The position numbers and the translations under genes are program-made. DNA of 49,283 nt, from the NCBI GenBank assembly GCA_028275385.1, contig JAPWUR010000001.1, forward strand, positions 1-49,283. The letters run 5' to 3'. Within the stretch, counting starts at the first letter, position 1; the number at the start of each line of letters is the position of its first letter. Below, in pieces: positions 28,235 through 38,085 of this stretch. A model generated the notes under the pieces. It ran no database searches. It had not been told where the DNA came from and saw nothing but the letters and a program-made list of their open reading frames with translations. The stretch comes from Candidatus Bathyarchaeota archaeon (GTDB lineage Archaea > Thermoproteota > Bathyarchaeia > 40CM-2-53-6 > CALIRQ01).

Positions 28235-28888
28235 TCATTTGAGGAACAGGGACCTCAATTTGTCGGCTTCCTTGGATGGCGTAAGTATCAATACCTTCTG
28301 CCCCTCGGAGAGCTTTGTGTTCCCGTTCGGGAACTCCAAAGAATCGCCCTTGTATATGGCTATGATCGATGAGGCCTTTGGCATCTCCAGCTCGCTTATC
28401 TTCTTCCCATCGGCCTTGGATCCCCCCTCGACGGTGACCGCGAGGAGGACCGCATCGCCGGTCTTGGAGGACAATATGCGCGCGACCATATGATATCCCG
28501 AGATCGCGCCCTCGATTAGATTCGCGGCTATGGTCTCCGGGCATATGGCCTCCTCTATCCCCAATCTTTCAAAGGTGCTGGCGAGGCTTGGGTCGGATAT
28601 CCTGGCGATCAACCTGGGGACGCCCATTTCCTTAGCCAGGACGCAGGCCAAGAGGTTCGTTTCATCGTGATCGGTGAGGGCGACGAAGACATCGGCCTTA
28701 TCCACCTCGGCATCCCGGAACGTTTCTATCCTGGTGGCGTCCCCGACCACGACGAGCGCATCGGTTTCCGCGGAGAGGGCTCTCCCGCGTTTCTCATCCG
28801 CCTCTATGACGACGACTTCGTGCTTGGCGGACATGGATTTGGCCAGATGTTGCCCTATCCTGCCGGCGCCGACTATGACTATCCTCAA
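28235..28888 (-). CDS. trkA: Trk/Ktr potassium uptake system NAD-binding subunit
   Basis: MRIVIVGAGRIGQHLA (Rossmann GxGxxG) TrkA-N domain followed by a TrkA-C domain. Confidence 0.85.
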   Translation of the reverse strand: MRIVIVGAGRIGQHLAKSMSAKHEVVVIEADEKRGRALSAETDALVVVGDATRIETFRDAEVDKADVFVALTDHDETNLLACVLAKEMGVPRLIARISDPSLASTFERLGIEEAICPETIAANLIEGAISGYHMVARILSSKTGDAVLLAVTVEGGSKADGKKISELEMPKASSIIAIYKGDSLEFPNGNTKLSEGQKVLILTPSKEADKLRSLFLK

Positions 28889-28933
28889 ACCCCTTACCTT
28901 GGGGTTCGGGTCCTAGGAGCCCATATATTAGCT

Positions 28934-30400
28934 TTAAGGCATCGGGAGGCTTTCCCTCCGGATGGCATCCCGAAAGCTCCTTATTAGCGCCAATGCCGGC
29001 AATATCTCCAACCTCCCGACCCACATCTCGACTATTAATACCAATTTTGGAATCGGGGGGAGGGCTTCTGAGGTTATCCCGACCGAGAGGCCCACGTTCC
29101 CTTGGGCGGATGCGCATTCGAAGAGGGAGTCCCCTATCTCGAATCCGAATGCCGCCATGATCGCCGCGCCGATAGCCAAGAGAGCTATGTAGAGGAACAT
29201 TAGCCTGAACGATTCCAGAACTTCATTGATCTCGACCTCCCTATCCCCGATCTTCAATGGGAGCGCTATGGATGGGAATAATTCCTTCTTGAGGGCCCAT
29301 CGGATGTATTTGATCGCCAATACCAGCCTGAACAGCTTTATGGCGCTCGAGGTTGAGCCGTATCCCCCTCCAATGACCATCAGGATCGTCAGGAGGAGCT
29401 TTGTGAACCCGTTGTATACCTTGGCTTGGCCATACAGCGGGCCTATCGTGAACCCGGTCCCGGATAGGGCCGAAACGCTTTCGAAGAGGCTGAACCTGAG
29501 GGCATCGGGGACCCCCATCGAGGAATATGCCAATAGGCATGCCGCGATCGATGGCACGAAGATGGCCAATAAGGCCAGCATCGCCACAACCTCCGGATTC
29601 CGAAGGGGGTTCTCCCCCCTTACCAGCAAACCATAATGGACGCTGAAGCTCGTCGCCCCGAGGGCCATCATCAATATCCCGACGGCCTCGATGAGCGGGT
29701 TTCCATAATGGGCCAAGCTGCCGTTCTTGGTCGAGAATCCACCGGTCGCTATGGCCGTCATGGAATGATTTATGGCATCGAAGATCGGCATCCCGGCCAA
29801 GTGGAATAGGATCGCCCCGAGCGCCGTATAAAGTATGTAAATCCACCAAATCCTTCGGACCGTCCCCACCACGCTCGGCCTAACCCTCTCCCTCCGGGCT
29901 TCGGAGGCGTAGAGCCTGGAGGCCAATACCCCGGGCCTCGCCAAGATCGATAGGAATAGCACTATGACGCCCATGCCGCCGAACCATTCCAATAGGCTCC
30001 TCCAAAGCAGGAGGGATCTCGGAAGGGCCTCGACGTCTGCGAACATCGTAAGGCCCGTCGCCGTGAGGCCCGACATGGCTTCGAAATACGCGCTCAACCA
30101 ATGCATTTTACCTGCCAGCATTATCGGGATCATCGCCAAGAGGGGCAATAGGGCCCAAGAGATCGCCGATACCCTCATCGCTTGATATAGGCTCAGCTCC
30201 CCCGAGGGGGTCAACCCATGGGCGAGGCAGCCGAGGGCCAACCCGAGGATCGCCGGGGCCAGAAACATCGGGATCAGATCCATCTCGCCGAAAAGGATGC
30301 AGAAGGGGATCGGCAAGAGGATGGTGAGGGAGAATGTGGCCATTATGAGGCCCAATACATGGAGGTCCTCCAGAAAGGACGGCCTAGCTAGCTCGGACAT
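28934..30400 (-). CDS. trkH: TrkH/KtrB-family potassium transporter membrane subunit
   Basis: 488-aa polytopic protein with repeated M1-P-M2 pore-loop glycine motifs (MSGLTATGL, ATGGFST, LSGTGFT, QGNVGLS). Confidence 0.85.
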   Translation of the reverse strand: MSELARPSFLEDLHVLGLIMATFSLTILLPIPFCILFGEMDLIPMFLAPAILGLALGCLAHGLTPSGELSLYQAMRVSAISWALLPLLAMIPIMLAGKMHWLSAYFEAMSGLTATGLTMFADVEALPRSLLLWRSLLEWFGGMGVIVLFLSILARPGVLASRLYASEARRERVRPSVVGTVRRIWWIYILYTALGAILFHLAGMPIFDAINHSMTAIATGGFSTKNGSLAHYGNPLIEAVGILMMALGATSFSVHYGLLVRGENPLRNPEVVAMLALLAIFVPSIAACLLAYSSMGVPDALRFSLFESVSALSGTGFTIGPLYGQAKVYNGFTKLLLTILMVIGGGYGSTSSAIKLFRLVLAIKYIRWALKKELFPSIALPLKIGDREVEINEVLESFRLMFLYIALLAIGAAIMAAFGFEIGDSLFECASAQGNVGLSVGITSEALPPIPKLVLIVEMWVGRLEILPALALIRSFRDAIRRESLPMP

Positions 30401-30578
30401 ATGCCCAGACCGACCCGCCCCCTCCTTGATCCGTGAGCTCCCGGGAGGGGGGATTTAAAGGCTTCTCGAGAATGGCCCCCTTTACGGGGGCAAAGCCCCA
30501 TTCCCCGCTATTAGAAAGACATATTTAGCCACATGGCGGCTTAGGGGGATGCCATAAATCGCGGCGAGCCGATAGATA

Positions 30579-30818
30579 ATGGGGAAGGTCAGGACGGAGG
30601 TCGTGAAGAGGACGGCGAGGGATCTCCTGAGCCGATATCCGGATAGGTTCACGATGGATTTCGAGGAAAACAAGAGGGCGGTATCCGAGCTGGTCGTATT
30701 CAAAACCAAGAGGCTCAGGAACAAGGTCGCTGGTTACATAACGAGCTTGAAGAAATCCGAGGCCAGGAGGGCGGCGAAGGCGGCCGAGGCCCCAGCGGAG
30801 CCGCAACCAGCCGCTTAG
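30579..30818 (+). CDS. rps17e: 30S ribosomal protein eS17
   Basis: MGKVRTEVVKRTARDLLSRYPDRFTMDFEENKRAV is the eS17 N-terminal signature. Confidence 0.9.
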   Translation: MGKVRTEVVKRTARDLLSRYPDRFTMDFEENKRAVSELVVFKTKRLRNKVAGYITSLKKSEARRAAKAAEAPAEPQPAA

Positions 30819-30838
30819 CGAAGACGAGGGTTTATCGG

Positions 30839-31147
30839 CTACACGAGCTCTATCTCTATATAGACGTCCTCTGGGGTCCTGACCCGCATCAGCCTCTTCA
30901 GGAACCTCTCATTGGGATCCACGTCTATCAGCCTCTTGTGGATCCTCATCTCCCATTTGTCCCAGGTATGGGTGCCCTCGCCGCAGGGCGACTTCCTGGT
31001 TGGCACGACGAGGCGCTTGGTTGGCAGCGGTATCGGCCCCCTCAATCTGACCCCGGTCTTTTCCGCTATCTTCCTTATCTCCTCGCATATCTGGTTCAGA
31101 TCGCCCGGTTTGGTGCTGGATAGCCTTATCCTCGCCCTCTCAACCAT
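30839..31147 (-). CDS. rps10: 30S ribosomal protein uS10
   Basis: [42 protein letters not shown]...HKRLIDV. Confidence 0.9.
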   Translation of the reverse strand: MVERARIRLSSTKPGDLNQICEEIRKIAEKTGVRLRGPIPLPTKRLVVPTRKSPCGEGTHTWDKWEMRIHKRLIDVDPNERFLKRLMRVRTPEDVYIEIELV

Positions 31148-31205
31148 CTCATTCAGCCCCCGATGCGCTTAAGCCCCCGAGGGGGCCTCCCGCCGCGCGC
31201 CCCGT

Positions 31206-32510
31206 TCAGCCCTTCTCCGTGACCTCCTTCACCACTCCGACCGCGACTGTGATGCCCATATCCCTTATCGCGAAGCGCCCCAGCTGTGGGAATTGTTGGA
31301 AGGGCTCTATCACTATCGGCCTGACCGGCCTGAACCTCACTATGGCGCCATCCCCAGTTTTGAGGAAGGATGGCTTCTCCTCGACGACCTGGCCCGTCCT
31401 GGGATCTATCTTGCTTATCAGCTCCGCGAACGTCGTTGCCATCGTTGCCGTATGGGCGTGGAGGACCGGCGTATAGCCCGCGGCTATGGCCGTTGGATGG
31501 TTTATGACTATTATTTGGCCTATGAACTCCTTGGCCACCGTCGGAGGATTATCCGGGTGGCCCGCGACGTCGCCCCTATGGATTTGATCCTTCGAAACCC
31601 CCCTGACGTTGAAGCCTATGTTATCGCCTGGCTCGGCCTTCGGGATCCTCATGTGGTGGGTCTCTATGGATTTAACCTCCCCCTCGACCCCGGCGGGCAT
31701 GAACACCACCTTATCCCCTTCCTTCAGGACGCCGGTTTCAACCCTGCCCACCGGGACCGTTCCAACGCCCGTTATGCTATAGACGTCTTGAATGGGTATC
31801 CTCAGGGGCTTATCCAATGGCTTCGGCGGAACTACGAACTCATCCAATGCCTTGACCAGGGTCGGGCCATCGTACCAAGGCATCTTGGGGCTCGGCTCGA
31901 CGAGGTTATCCCCGACCCATCCGGACGTCGGTATGAAGCGTATCTTCGATACATCGTAGCCGACGACCTTCAACAAGGCCTGCAGCTCCTTCTTGCACTC
32001 CTCGTATCGCTCCCGGCTATAGTTGACGGTGGAATCGTCCATCTTGTTTATGGCCACCACGAGCTGGCCCACGCCCAAGGTCCTCGCGAGATAGGCGTGC
32101 TCCCTCGTCTGCCCGCCGGGCCCTATGCCGGTTTCGAACTCCCCCTTCTTCGCCGATGCCACCAGGATCGCGCAATCGGCTTGGCTCGTCCCGGTTATCA
32201 TGTTCTTTATGAAGTCCTTGTGGCCCGGGCAATCGATTATGGTGAAGAAATATTTCGGCGTCTCGAATTTTTGGAAGGAGAGATCTATCGTGACGCCCCT
32301 CTCCCTCTCCTCCTTCAACCTATCCAGGACCCAAGCAAATTTGAAGGTATCCCCAGCCCCCAGCTTCTCGGACTCCTTTGCGTAGGTCTCTATAGTCTTC
32401 TGATCTATGACGCCGGATTTATAGAGCAAGTGCCCCATTAGGGTGCTCTTGCCGTGATCCACGTGGCCTATGACCACCACGTTGAGGTGCGGCTTCGACG
32501 GAGTGCTCAT
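31206..32510 (-). CDS. tuf: translation elongation factor EF-1alpha (aEF1A)
   Basis: [29 protein letters not shown]..., [22 protein letters not shown] lies upstream of the ATG at 32510. The ORF extension to 32597 is not conserved. Confidence 0.95.
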   Translation of the reverse strand: MSTPSKPHLNVVVIGHVDHGKSTLMGHLLYKSGVIDQKTIETYAKESEKLGAGDTFKFAWVLDRLKEERERGVTIDLSFQKFETPKYFFTIIDCPGHKDFIKNMITGTSQADCAILVASAKKGEFETGIGPGGQTREHAYLARTLGVGQLVVAINKMDDSTVNYSRERYEECKKELQALLKVVGYDVSKIRFIPTSGWVGDNLVEPSPKMPWYDGPTLVKALDEFVVPPKPLDKPLRIPIQDVYSITGVGTVPVGRVETGVLKEGDKVVFMPAGVEGEVKSIETHHMRIPKAEPGDNIGFNVRGVSKDQIHRGDVAGHPDNPPTVAKEFIGQIIVINHPTAIAAGYTPVLHAHTATMATTFAELISKIDPRTGQVVEEKPSFLKTGDGAIVRFRPVRPIVIEPFQQFPQLGRFAIRDMGITVAVGVVKEVTEKG

Positions 32511-32593
32511 ACCTATTTCCTTCCCTCCGGATTGAGCTGGTAGTCTAATTTGGGCATGGGATATATAAGCATTAGAGCGGGAGCCAATCGGGA

Positions 32594-33232
32594 TCACCTG
32601 CTGGAGAGGGCTATCCTCTCGATCTCCTCCTTGCGCCTTATGGCGAAGCTCCTGCTATCCCCGGCGTAGGCGTTGATGATCTCATCGGCCAGGCATTCGT
32701 CTATGGTCTTGATGTTGTTGAAGGAGGCCTCCCTAGCGCCCTCGGTTATATGCCTGAGGGCCAAGTCCAGCCTTCTCTGGGGGGATATATCCACGGCTAT
32801 CGGGTAGACTATCCCGCCGTAGGCCACCCTGGTCACCTCCTCCCTGGGCGCCGCGTTCTCGAGGGCCCTCACCAGGACCTCAATCGGGTTCTTCCCGGTC
32901 CTCAGGTGGATCAATTCGAAGGCGTTCTTCACTATGCCCATGGCCTTCGCCTTCTTCCCCCCGCATCGCCCATGGCGCATCATATTGTTTATCAGCCTCT
33001 CGACGATGTTCACCGATGCCTTCCCGAACTTCTTGTGCTCATGCCTCCCGCCGCTGTGGGGGAGGAACCTGGGCTCGAGGCATATATATCGCTTGAGCCC
33101 GGGGTCCTCTACCTCGACGTCGAAGTCCCATTTCCCGAATAGCTTTATATCGGGATGCGCTCGCTTTTTCGAATCCTTGCTCAATTCGGCTTCTCCGCTC
33201 TTTATTGGAGGGGAGTTCAGGGCCCATGCCAT
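32594..33232 (-). CDS. rps7: 30S ribosomal protein uS7
   Basis: [22 protein letters not shown]...[14 protein letters not shown]...[20 protein letters not shown]. Confidence 0.9.
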   Translation of the reverse strand: MAWALNSPPIKSGEAELSKDSKKRAHPDIKLFGKWDFDVEVEDPGLKRYICLEPRFLPHSGGRHEHKKFGKASVNIVERLINNMMRHGRCGGKKAKAMGIVKNAFELIHLRTGKNPIEVLVRALENAAPREEVTRVAYGGIVYPIAVDISPQRRLDLALRHITEGAREASFNNIKTIDECLADEIINAYAGDSRSFAIRRKEEIERIALSSR

Positions 33233-33257
33233 AAATAAGTCTTTGGGGCGAGGGGAA

Positions 33258-33267
33258 CCTTTATTCG
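33258..33267 (+). promoter_or_regulatory. TATA-like box upstream of the putative SRP RNA
   Basis: CCTTTATTCG; the TTTATT core lies 26-31 nt upstream of the proposed RNA 5' end at 33291. Confidence 0.4.
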
Positions 33268-33290
33268 ATCCCCCTTGGAAATCACAAAGC

Positions 33291-33624
33291 GGCGGCGGGG
33301 CTTAGGCGGGGGGCTCGGTCTCCCCTGAGGGAATCCATCCCGACCACAAATGACCGATACGGTGGGCCGAGAGTCGCGGCGAGGCATCGACGACCCCGCT
33401 CCGCCTCCCAAGCCAGGCCGGGAGGGTTCGTCCTCCGGGGGCGGCGTAGGGCGGCGACCCCCTCTCGGAGGGGAGGGGAGGCCGCCCGCGCGGGCCGAAC
33501 CGGTGGAGGCTTGGGAAAGAGCACACCTAAGGCCCGGCGCCGGCGCTCGGAGGGGAGCGGGCCTGAGCCGAGCGAGGGTTGGCGCGCGGGGCACCGGGAT
33601 GCCCAACCGCGATGTCCCGCCGCC
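33291..33624 (+). ncRNA. signal recognition particle RNA (7S/SRP RNA), putative
   Basis: (a) The ends pair over 9 bp (GGCGGCGGG / CCCGCCGCC). (b) Two 5' hairpins (33308-33325 and 33329-33341) have loops containing GG and CC, as in the Alu domain. (c) A 14-bp helix-6-like hairpin with a GGAG tetraloop spans 33450-33486. (d) A helix-8-like element spans 33492-33535. Its stem is GGGCC/GGCCC with an asymmetric loop GAACC vs TAA. Next comes GGTG/CACC, then a symmetric loop GAGG vs AGCA, then CTT/AAG closing a GGGA tetraloop. (e) Distal helix-5 pairing CCTCCGGGGGCGGCGT (33432-33447) with 33537-33553. Only Pro/Arg/Gly-rich spurious ORFs cover the region. Confidence 0.6.
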
Positions 33625-34531
33625 AATTGCCCTCCGCGATCGCGCAGGCTCTGCAGATATCCCCAGAGGATGGCCCTCCGCAGACCCTACAAATCCCGGT
33701 GCCTCCCCCCGAGGGGCATTCGGCCAAGCTCGCCAGGGATTGCGCGGATCTCAATATCGAATATTTTATGCCCGGGTGTCCCAATTCGAGGAGGTTCAAC
33801 GCCGCCCTCACGTCGTTTCTGAGGGCCCTATCCCCATAGGGGCAGGCGGAGCTGGGGATAGGGATCCCGTTCAGATAGGCGTAAAGGGCCAATTCCTTCT
33901 CCGGGATCCTGAAGAGGGGCTTTATCCTCGGCACGGCGCCTGGAGCTCTGGGGGAAACTGGGGATAGGGCCCTCAGGGCCCTATCCGGATCCCCCAGCAT
34001 TAGATTGAGGAGGAAGGTTTGCACAACGTCGTCCAAGTTGTGCGCGAGGGCCAGCTTATCCGCTTTCAAGACCCTCGCCGCGTTATTCAGGGCCTTCCGC
34101 CTGAGCACCGCGCAATAGGAGCAGGGGTTCTCCCCGGGCCGAGCTGCGAGCATCTCGTCCAAGGCTAGGCCATAGAGTTCCTTAAACGACACAACGGCCC
34201 AGGGGATCCCCAAGATCTCGCAGAACGCCTTGGCATCGGATAGGATCCTATCCCTATAGCCCCTTATCCCCTCATCCACCATCACCGCGAAGAGTTCGCA
34301 TCTCGGGAACTTGGCCGTGAGCTTTGAAAGGATCTTGAGGAGGGATAGGCTGTCCTTGCCACCCGAGATCGCGACGGCGATCCTATCGGCGGGCTTCAGC
34401 ATATCGTATTTGGAGACCGTGCGGCGGACCTTGTTTTCCAAATTCCAAATTAGGCAATCGGCGCATAGGGCGATCCCCTCATTCCTCCTGAAGTATATCG
34501 CGGCGGAGGATTTGCAGATCGAGCACTTCAT
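33527..34531 (-). CDS. PP-loop ATPase, tRNA 2-thiolation enzyme (TtuA/Ncs6-like)
   Basis: N-terminal zinc finger CSIC...CADC, PP-loop SGGKDS, C-terminal CRVCGG...CRAC. The last ~33 codons (33527-33624) are low-complexity and run antisense through the putative SRP RNA. Confidence 0.8.
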   Translation of the reverse strand: MKCSICKSSAAIYFRRNEGIALCADCLIWNLENKVRRTVSKYDMLKPADRIAVAISGGKDSLSLLKILSKLTAKFPRCELFAVMVDEGIRGYRDRILSDAKAFCEILGIPWAVVSFKELYGLALDEMLAARPGENPCSYCAVLRRKALNNAARVLKADKLALAHNLDDVVQTFLLNLMLGDPDRALRALSPVSPRAPGAVPRIKPLFRIPEKELALYAYLNGIPIPSSACPYGDRALRNDVRAALNLLELGHPGIKYSILRSAQSLASLAECPSGGGTGICRVCGGPSSGDICRACAIAEGNWRRDIAVGHPGAPRANPRSAQARSPPSAGAGP

Positions 34532-34541
34532 GGGCGTTCCC

Positions 34542-35702
34542 TTAGAACCTGAAGAACCCGAAATTGATGTAGGAGAGCGCTAGATTCGCGAGGAGGAGGC
34601 CACCGCATGCGGTGCTCGCGAGGATCCTCACGAATCTCTTCCTCCTGATCCCGATAGCGTCCAATAGGGCATCCAAGAACCTATCCCCGTCGAGGGGGTA
34701 GATAGGCAGCATGTTGACCAAGGCGACATTCAAAAGTATCATGAAGAGCCAATTCTCGGCGATCAATAACCGATATGGGAGCTCCTTTGGGGCTAGGGGG
34801 ATCCTTGGTTCGAAGAATGGGAAGGGGTAGATGCCAATCGTCGCCCGGCTCGAATTGAGCGGATGGGCCTTGGTCGGAATGAGGAGAATCCCCCTATCGG
34901 TCGTGGCAACCAAAACCGATCCCGGTTTCGCCGAGGATAGATAGGACCTCAGGGCGCTTGGGTCGCGGAGCCTCGTGCCGTTCACGGCAAATATCACATC
35001 CCAAACCCTGACCCCAGCCTCTGCTGCCGGCCCACCCTCCACCACGCCCGTTACCAAGACGCCGGAGGGCTCGGTCGAATATATGGGATGGATCGTGGCG
35101 GGGAAGCTCGATAATAGGGCCAAGAAAAGGAGGGCCAGGCATATGTTCGCCGAGGATCCCGCGGCGAATATCCTGAGCCTAGGGCGCCAACCCAGGGCGC
35201 CCAACTCCTTTTCGTCCAGCTCCACGAAGGCCCCGGGTATTAGATAGGCCAAGAAGGCGCCGACCGATCTCGGCTTGACCCCCTCCAAGAGGCTGGCCAC
35301 GCCATGCGATGCCTCATGGCTTACGATGAGGACCGCGATCGCTAGGAATAGATACGGCAGGTTTTCGATCCCAACGGTGATTCCCGGGACGAGCACGGCA
35401 ACCCTATCGGCCCCCTCGGAGCGGTTCATCAGGAGGCTGGCGTTGATTGCCAAGCGATATATTATGAATGCCATCATGCCCATCCCGAGGACCGCGCCGG
35501 CGTTGAAGAACGCCCTCCAAAGCCCCCTTCCCTTACTTGAGATCGTCTCCAATAGGTTGTTGAGGGCCCTAGTCCTATAGGATAGATAGAAGGGCCCCAC
35601 TGATATCCCCTTATCCCTCAGCTTCAGGGCCCGCGAAAGCGCGAAAAGCGCCAACCAACCGATCGAATACGCCGCCAATGCTCGGATTAGATCAAGGTCC
35701 AT
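34542..35702 (-). CDS. site-2 protease family (M50) membrane metalloprotease with PDZ domain
   Basis: HEASHG (HExxH in a TM helix), NMLPIYPLDGDRF (NxxPxxxLDG), and a PDZ-like segment GVLVTGVVEGGPAAEAGVRVWDVIFAVNG. The ATG at 35702 is preferred over the TTG at 35837. Confidence 0.8.
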   Translation of the reverse strand: MDLDLIRALAAYSIGWLALFALSRALKLRDKGISVGPFYLSYRTRALNNLLETISSKGRGLWRAFFNAGAVLGMGMMAFIIYRLAINASLLMNRSEGADRVAVLVPGITVGIENLPYLFLAIAVLIVSHEASHGVASLLEGVKPRSVGAFLAYLIPGAFVELDEKELGALGWRPRLRIFAAGSSANICLALLFLALLSSFPATIHPIYSTEPSGVLVTGVVEGGPAAEAGVRVWDVIFAVNGTRLRDPSALRSYLSSAKPGSVLVATTDRGILLIPTKAHPLNSSRATIGIYPFPFFEPRIPLAPKELPYRLLIAENWLFMILLNVALVNMLPIYPLDGDRFLDALLDAIGIRRKRFVRILASTACGGLLLANLALSYINFGFFRF

Positions 35703-36011
35703 GGGCGGGTTGGGGGAAGGGGGGAGGTCGTAATTAAAAGTGGCGCAGTTTTGGGGGGTCGGTCGTTTAAAAGGAGGTCCCTTTGGCCATTGCGAGGCCC
35801 CCGAAAGCCATCCGCATTCGGACCCGAAGGGTGTCAAAATCTTTTTATTGATGCTTCATTCGTGGATAGTCAAAACCTCGATCGAGATCGTCAAAACGGC
35901 TTCGGGGAAGGCCCGCTTGGGCAAGGGCCGCCCCAAAGGCCCGGTTTGGCGATCCTCGAAGTCCGGGTAAAAGGGGTTCGGGCGCGGGACGATTCAAGGG
36001 GCTGAGGGGCA

Positions 36012-36998
36012 GTGGGAAGGAGGAAGAAGCATTCACCGAAGCATGGATCCCTAGCCTATCTTCCGAGGGGGAGGGCCAGGGGATGGAGGGCCAGGGTGAG
36101 GAATTGGCCCAACGTCGGGGGCGAGCCGCGCTTGTTGGGGTTCATGGCGTATAAGGCGGGCACCGCGCATACGGTCATCATCGATAATAGGCAGGGATCC
36201 CTCACATTCGGCAAGGAGGTGGCCATCCCTGTAACGATCCTGGATGCCCCCCCGATGATCGCATGCGCCATCAGGGCCTATCAACTCACCGAGGATGGCC
36301 TCAAGGCCTTGGGGGAGGCGTGGTCCGAGAGGTTGCCGCCCGAGATCTCGAGGGTCGTGAAACCGCCAAAGGCGGATCCAGGCAAATTGGAGGCTCTGGA
36401 GCAATCGATCGACAAGATCCACGAGATCAGGGTCCTCATGGCCACCCAACCGAAGCTAACCTCGACCGGGAAGAAGAGCCCGGATCTATTGGAGGTGAAG
36501 GTGGGCGGGGATAGCGTGGTGAAAGCCCTGGAATATGCGAAGAAGCTGCTGGGGAATCAGGTGAGGATTTCGGAGGTCTTCCAAAAGGGGCAGTATATCG
36601 ATACGCTCTCCATAACCAAGGGCAAGGGGATCCAAGGGCCCGTGAAGAGATGGGGGATAATCCGGAAGCATCACAAAGCCAGGAAGACTAGGAGGCAGGT
36701 CGGGACCCTGGGACCTTGGAATCCGTCCTTCGTGATGTACTCGGTGCCGAGGGCAGGGCAGATGGGCTTCTTCCAAAGGACCGAGTACAATAAGCAGGTG
36801 CTCGAAATCGGCTCGGATGGATCCAAGATCACCCCCAAGGGGGGGTTCAAGCATTATGGCGTCATAAGGGGGGATTTCGCGATAATATCCGGAAGCGTCC
36901 CCGGCCCCGTGAAAAGGGCCGTGATCCTGAGATATCCCATGAGGGGCCCGGAGCGGGTGGAGGCACCCCGCATCGAGTACATAAACCTAGCGGGCTGA
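36012..36998 (+). CDS. rpl3: 50S ribosomal protein uL3
   Basis: GTG start; MGRRKKHSPKHGSLAYLPRGRA..., TKGKGIQGPVKRWG. Confidence 0.9.
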   Translation: MGRRKKHSPKHGSLAYLPRGRARGWRARVRNWPNVGGEPRLLGFMAYKAGTAHTVIIDNRQGSLTFGKEVAIPVTILDAPPMIACAIRAYQLTEDGLKALGEAWSERLPPEISRVVKPPKADPGKLEALEQSIDKIHEIRVLMATQPKLTSTGKKSPDLLEVKVGGDSVVKALEYAKKLLGNQVRISEVFQKGQYIDTLSITKGKGIQGPVKRWGIIRKHHKARKTRRQVGTLGPWNPSFVMYSVPRAGQMGFFQRTEYNKQVLEIGSDGSKITPKGGFKHYGVIRGDFAIISGSVPGPVKRAVILRYPMRGPERVEAPRIEYINLAG

Positions 36999-37012
36999 GG
37001 AGTGCGCCCCCC

Positions 37013-37807
37013 ATGAAGGCCAGCGTGATCGATCTCGAGGGAAAGCCCATTCGCGAGGTGGAGTTACCCAAGGTATTCCAAACCCGATATAGGCCGGATC
37101 TCATAAGGAGGGCGGTCGTCGCCCTGCAGACCCATAGGCTCCAGCCCAAGGGCAGGGATCCGATGGCCGGGAAGAGGACGACCGCCGAATCCTACGGGGT
37201 CGGCCATGGCCTCGCCAGGGTCCCGAGGGTCAAGGGGGAGCGCCACCCGAGGGCCGGATCCGCCGCCTTCGCCCCGGGCACCGTGAAGGGGAGGCTGGCC
37301 CATCCCCCGAGGGCCGAGAAGGTGATTGAGAAGAAGATAAACAGGAAGGAGAGGAAGTTGGCGCTGGCCTCCGCGATAGCCGCGACTGGGGTGAGGGAAT
37401 TGATCGAGAAGAGGGGACATGTGATCGATGGGATCGAGAGCTTTCCCATAATCGTATCGGATGAGATACAGAAGCTCGATAGGACGTCGAGGGTCATCGA
37501 AGCCCTGAAGGGGATAGGGGTTTGGAAAGATGTCGAGAGGGTCCTCTCGAGGGAGAAGATATTGCCCAGGGGATCCCGCTCGCGCGGTAGGGTTAAGAGG
37601 ATCCCGAGGGGGCCGCTGATAGTCGTCGGGAGCGATGAAGGCATAGTGAGGGGGGCCAGGAACATACCGGGGGTCGATGTTGTGACCTTGAATAAGCTGA
37701 ACGTGGAGCTCTTGGCTCCGGGAACGCATGCCGGTAGGCTGACGCTCTGGTCGGAGTCCGCGATAATGGGCTTGGAGAAGTTGTTCGAGGGCGTGGCGTT
37801 GCATTGA
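37013..37807 (+). CDS. rpl4: 50S ribosomal protein uL4
   Basis: Second gene of the L3-L4-L23-L2 order; ...RLQPKGRDPMAGKRTTAESYGVGHGLARVPRVKG... Confidence 0.9.
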   Translation: MKASVIDLEGKPIREVELPKVFQTRYRPDLIRRAVVALQTHRLQPKGRDPMAGKRTTAESYGVGHGLARVPRVKGERHPRAGSAAFAPGTVKGRLAHPPRAEKVIEKKINRKERKLALASAIAATGVRELIEKRGHVIDGIESFPIIVSDEIQKLDRTSRVIEALKGIGVWKDVERVLSREKILPRGSRSRGRVKRIPRGPLIVVGSDEGIVRGARNIPGVDVVTLNKLNVELLAPGTHAGRLTLWSESAIMGLEKLFEGVALH

Positions 37808-38070
37808 GCGAAAGGGCGCATAAGACGATACTCTATCCCTTGGTTTCCGAGGATTCCGTGGGCCTGATCGAGAGGGAGAACAAAATAACGTTCGTGGTGG
37901 ACCTCAAGGCGTCCAAAAGGGATGTGAAGAGGGCCGTGGAAACCCTATATGAGGTGAAGGTGGAGAAGGTGAATATTTGCATAACGCCCCAAGGCCTTAA
38001 GAAGGCCTTCGTGAAATTGAGCCCGGAGTTCAAGGCCTCGGAGCTCGCGGTAAAGCTCGGGATACTGTGA
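37804..38070 (+). CDS. rpl23: 50S ribosomal protein uL23
   Basis: ILYPLVSEDSVGLIERENKITFVVDLKASKRDVKRAVETLYEVKVEKVN; 4-nt overlap with rpl4. Confidence 0.9.
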   Translation: MSERAHKTILYPLVSEDSVGLIERENKITFVVDLKASKRDVKRAVETLYEVKVEKVNICITPQGLKKAFVKLSPEFKASELAVKLGIL

Positions 38071-38085
38071 GGGGGCGCGAAGGGC

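Noticed and set aside
33291-33624. Alternative reading of the structured locus as RNase P RNA. GAGGGAATCC resembles CR-I, and AAGAGCACACC resembles the GUAAGAGCGCACC block.
   Set aside because: There is no CR-IV/CR-V element (ACAnAAnnnGGCUUA) near the 3' end on either strand, and GGCTTA occurs only at the 5' end. By contrast, the helix-6 GGAG hairpin and the helix-8 AGG/AGCA loop architecture fit SRP RNA.
33217-33967. ORFs of 129, 114 and 74 aa (minus strand) and 205 and 103 aa (plus strand) covering the rps7 / ttuA-like spacer.
   Set aside because: All are extremely Pro/Arg/Gly/Ala-rich with no recognisable domain. They overlap each other in several frames and coincide with the structured-RNA signal. 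This is typical spurious ORF formation in a GC-rich RNA gene.
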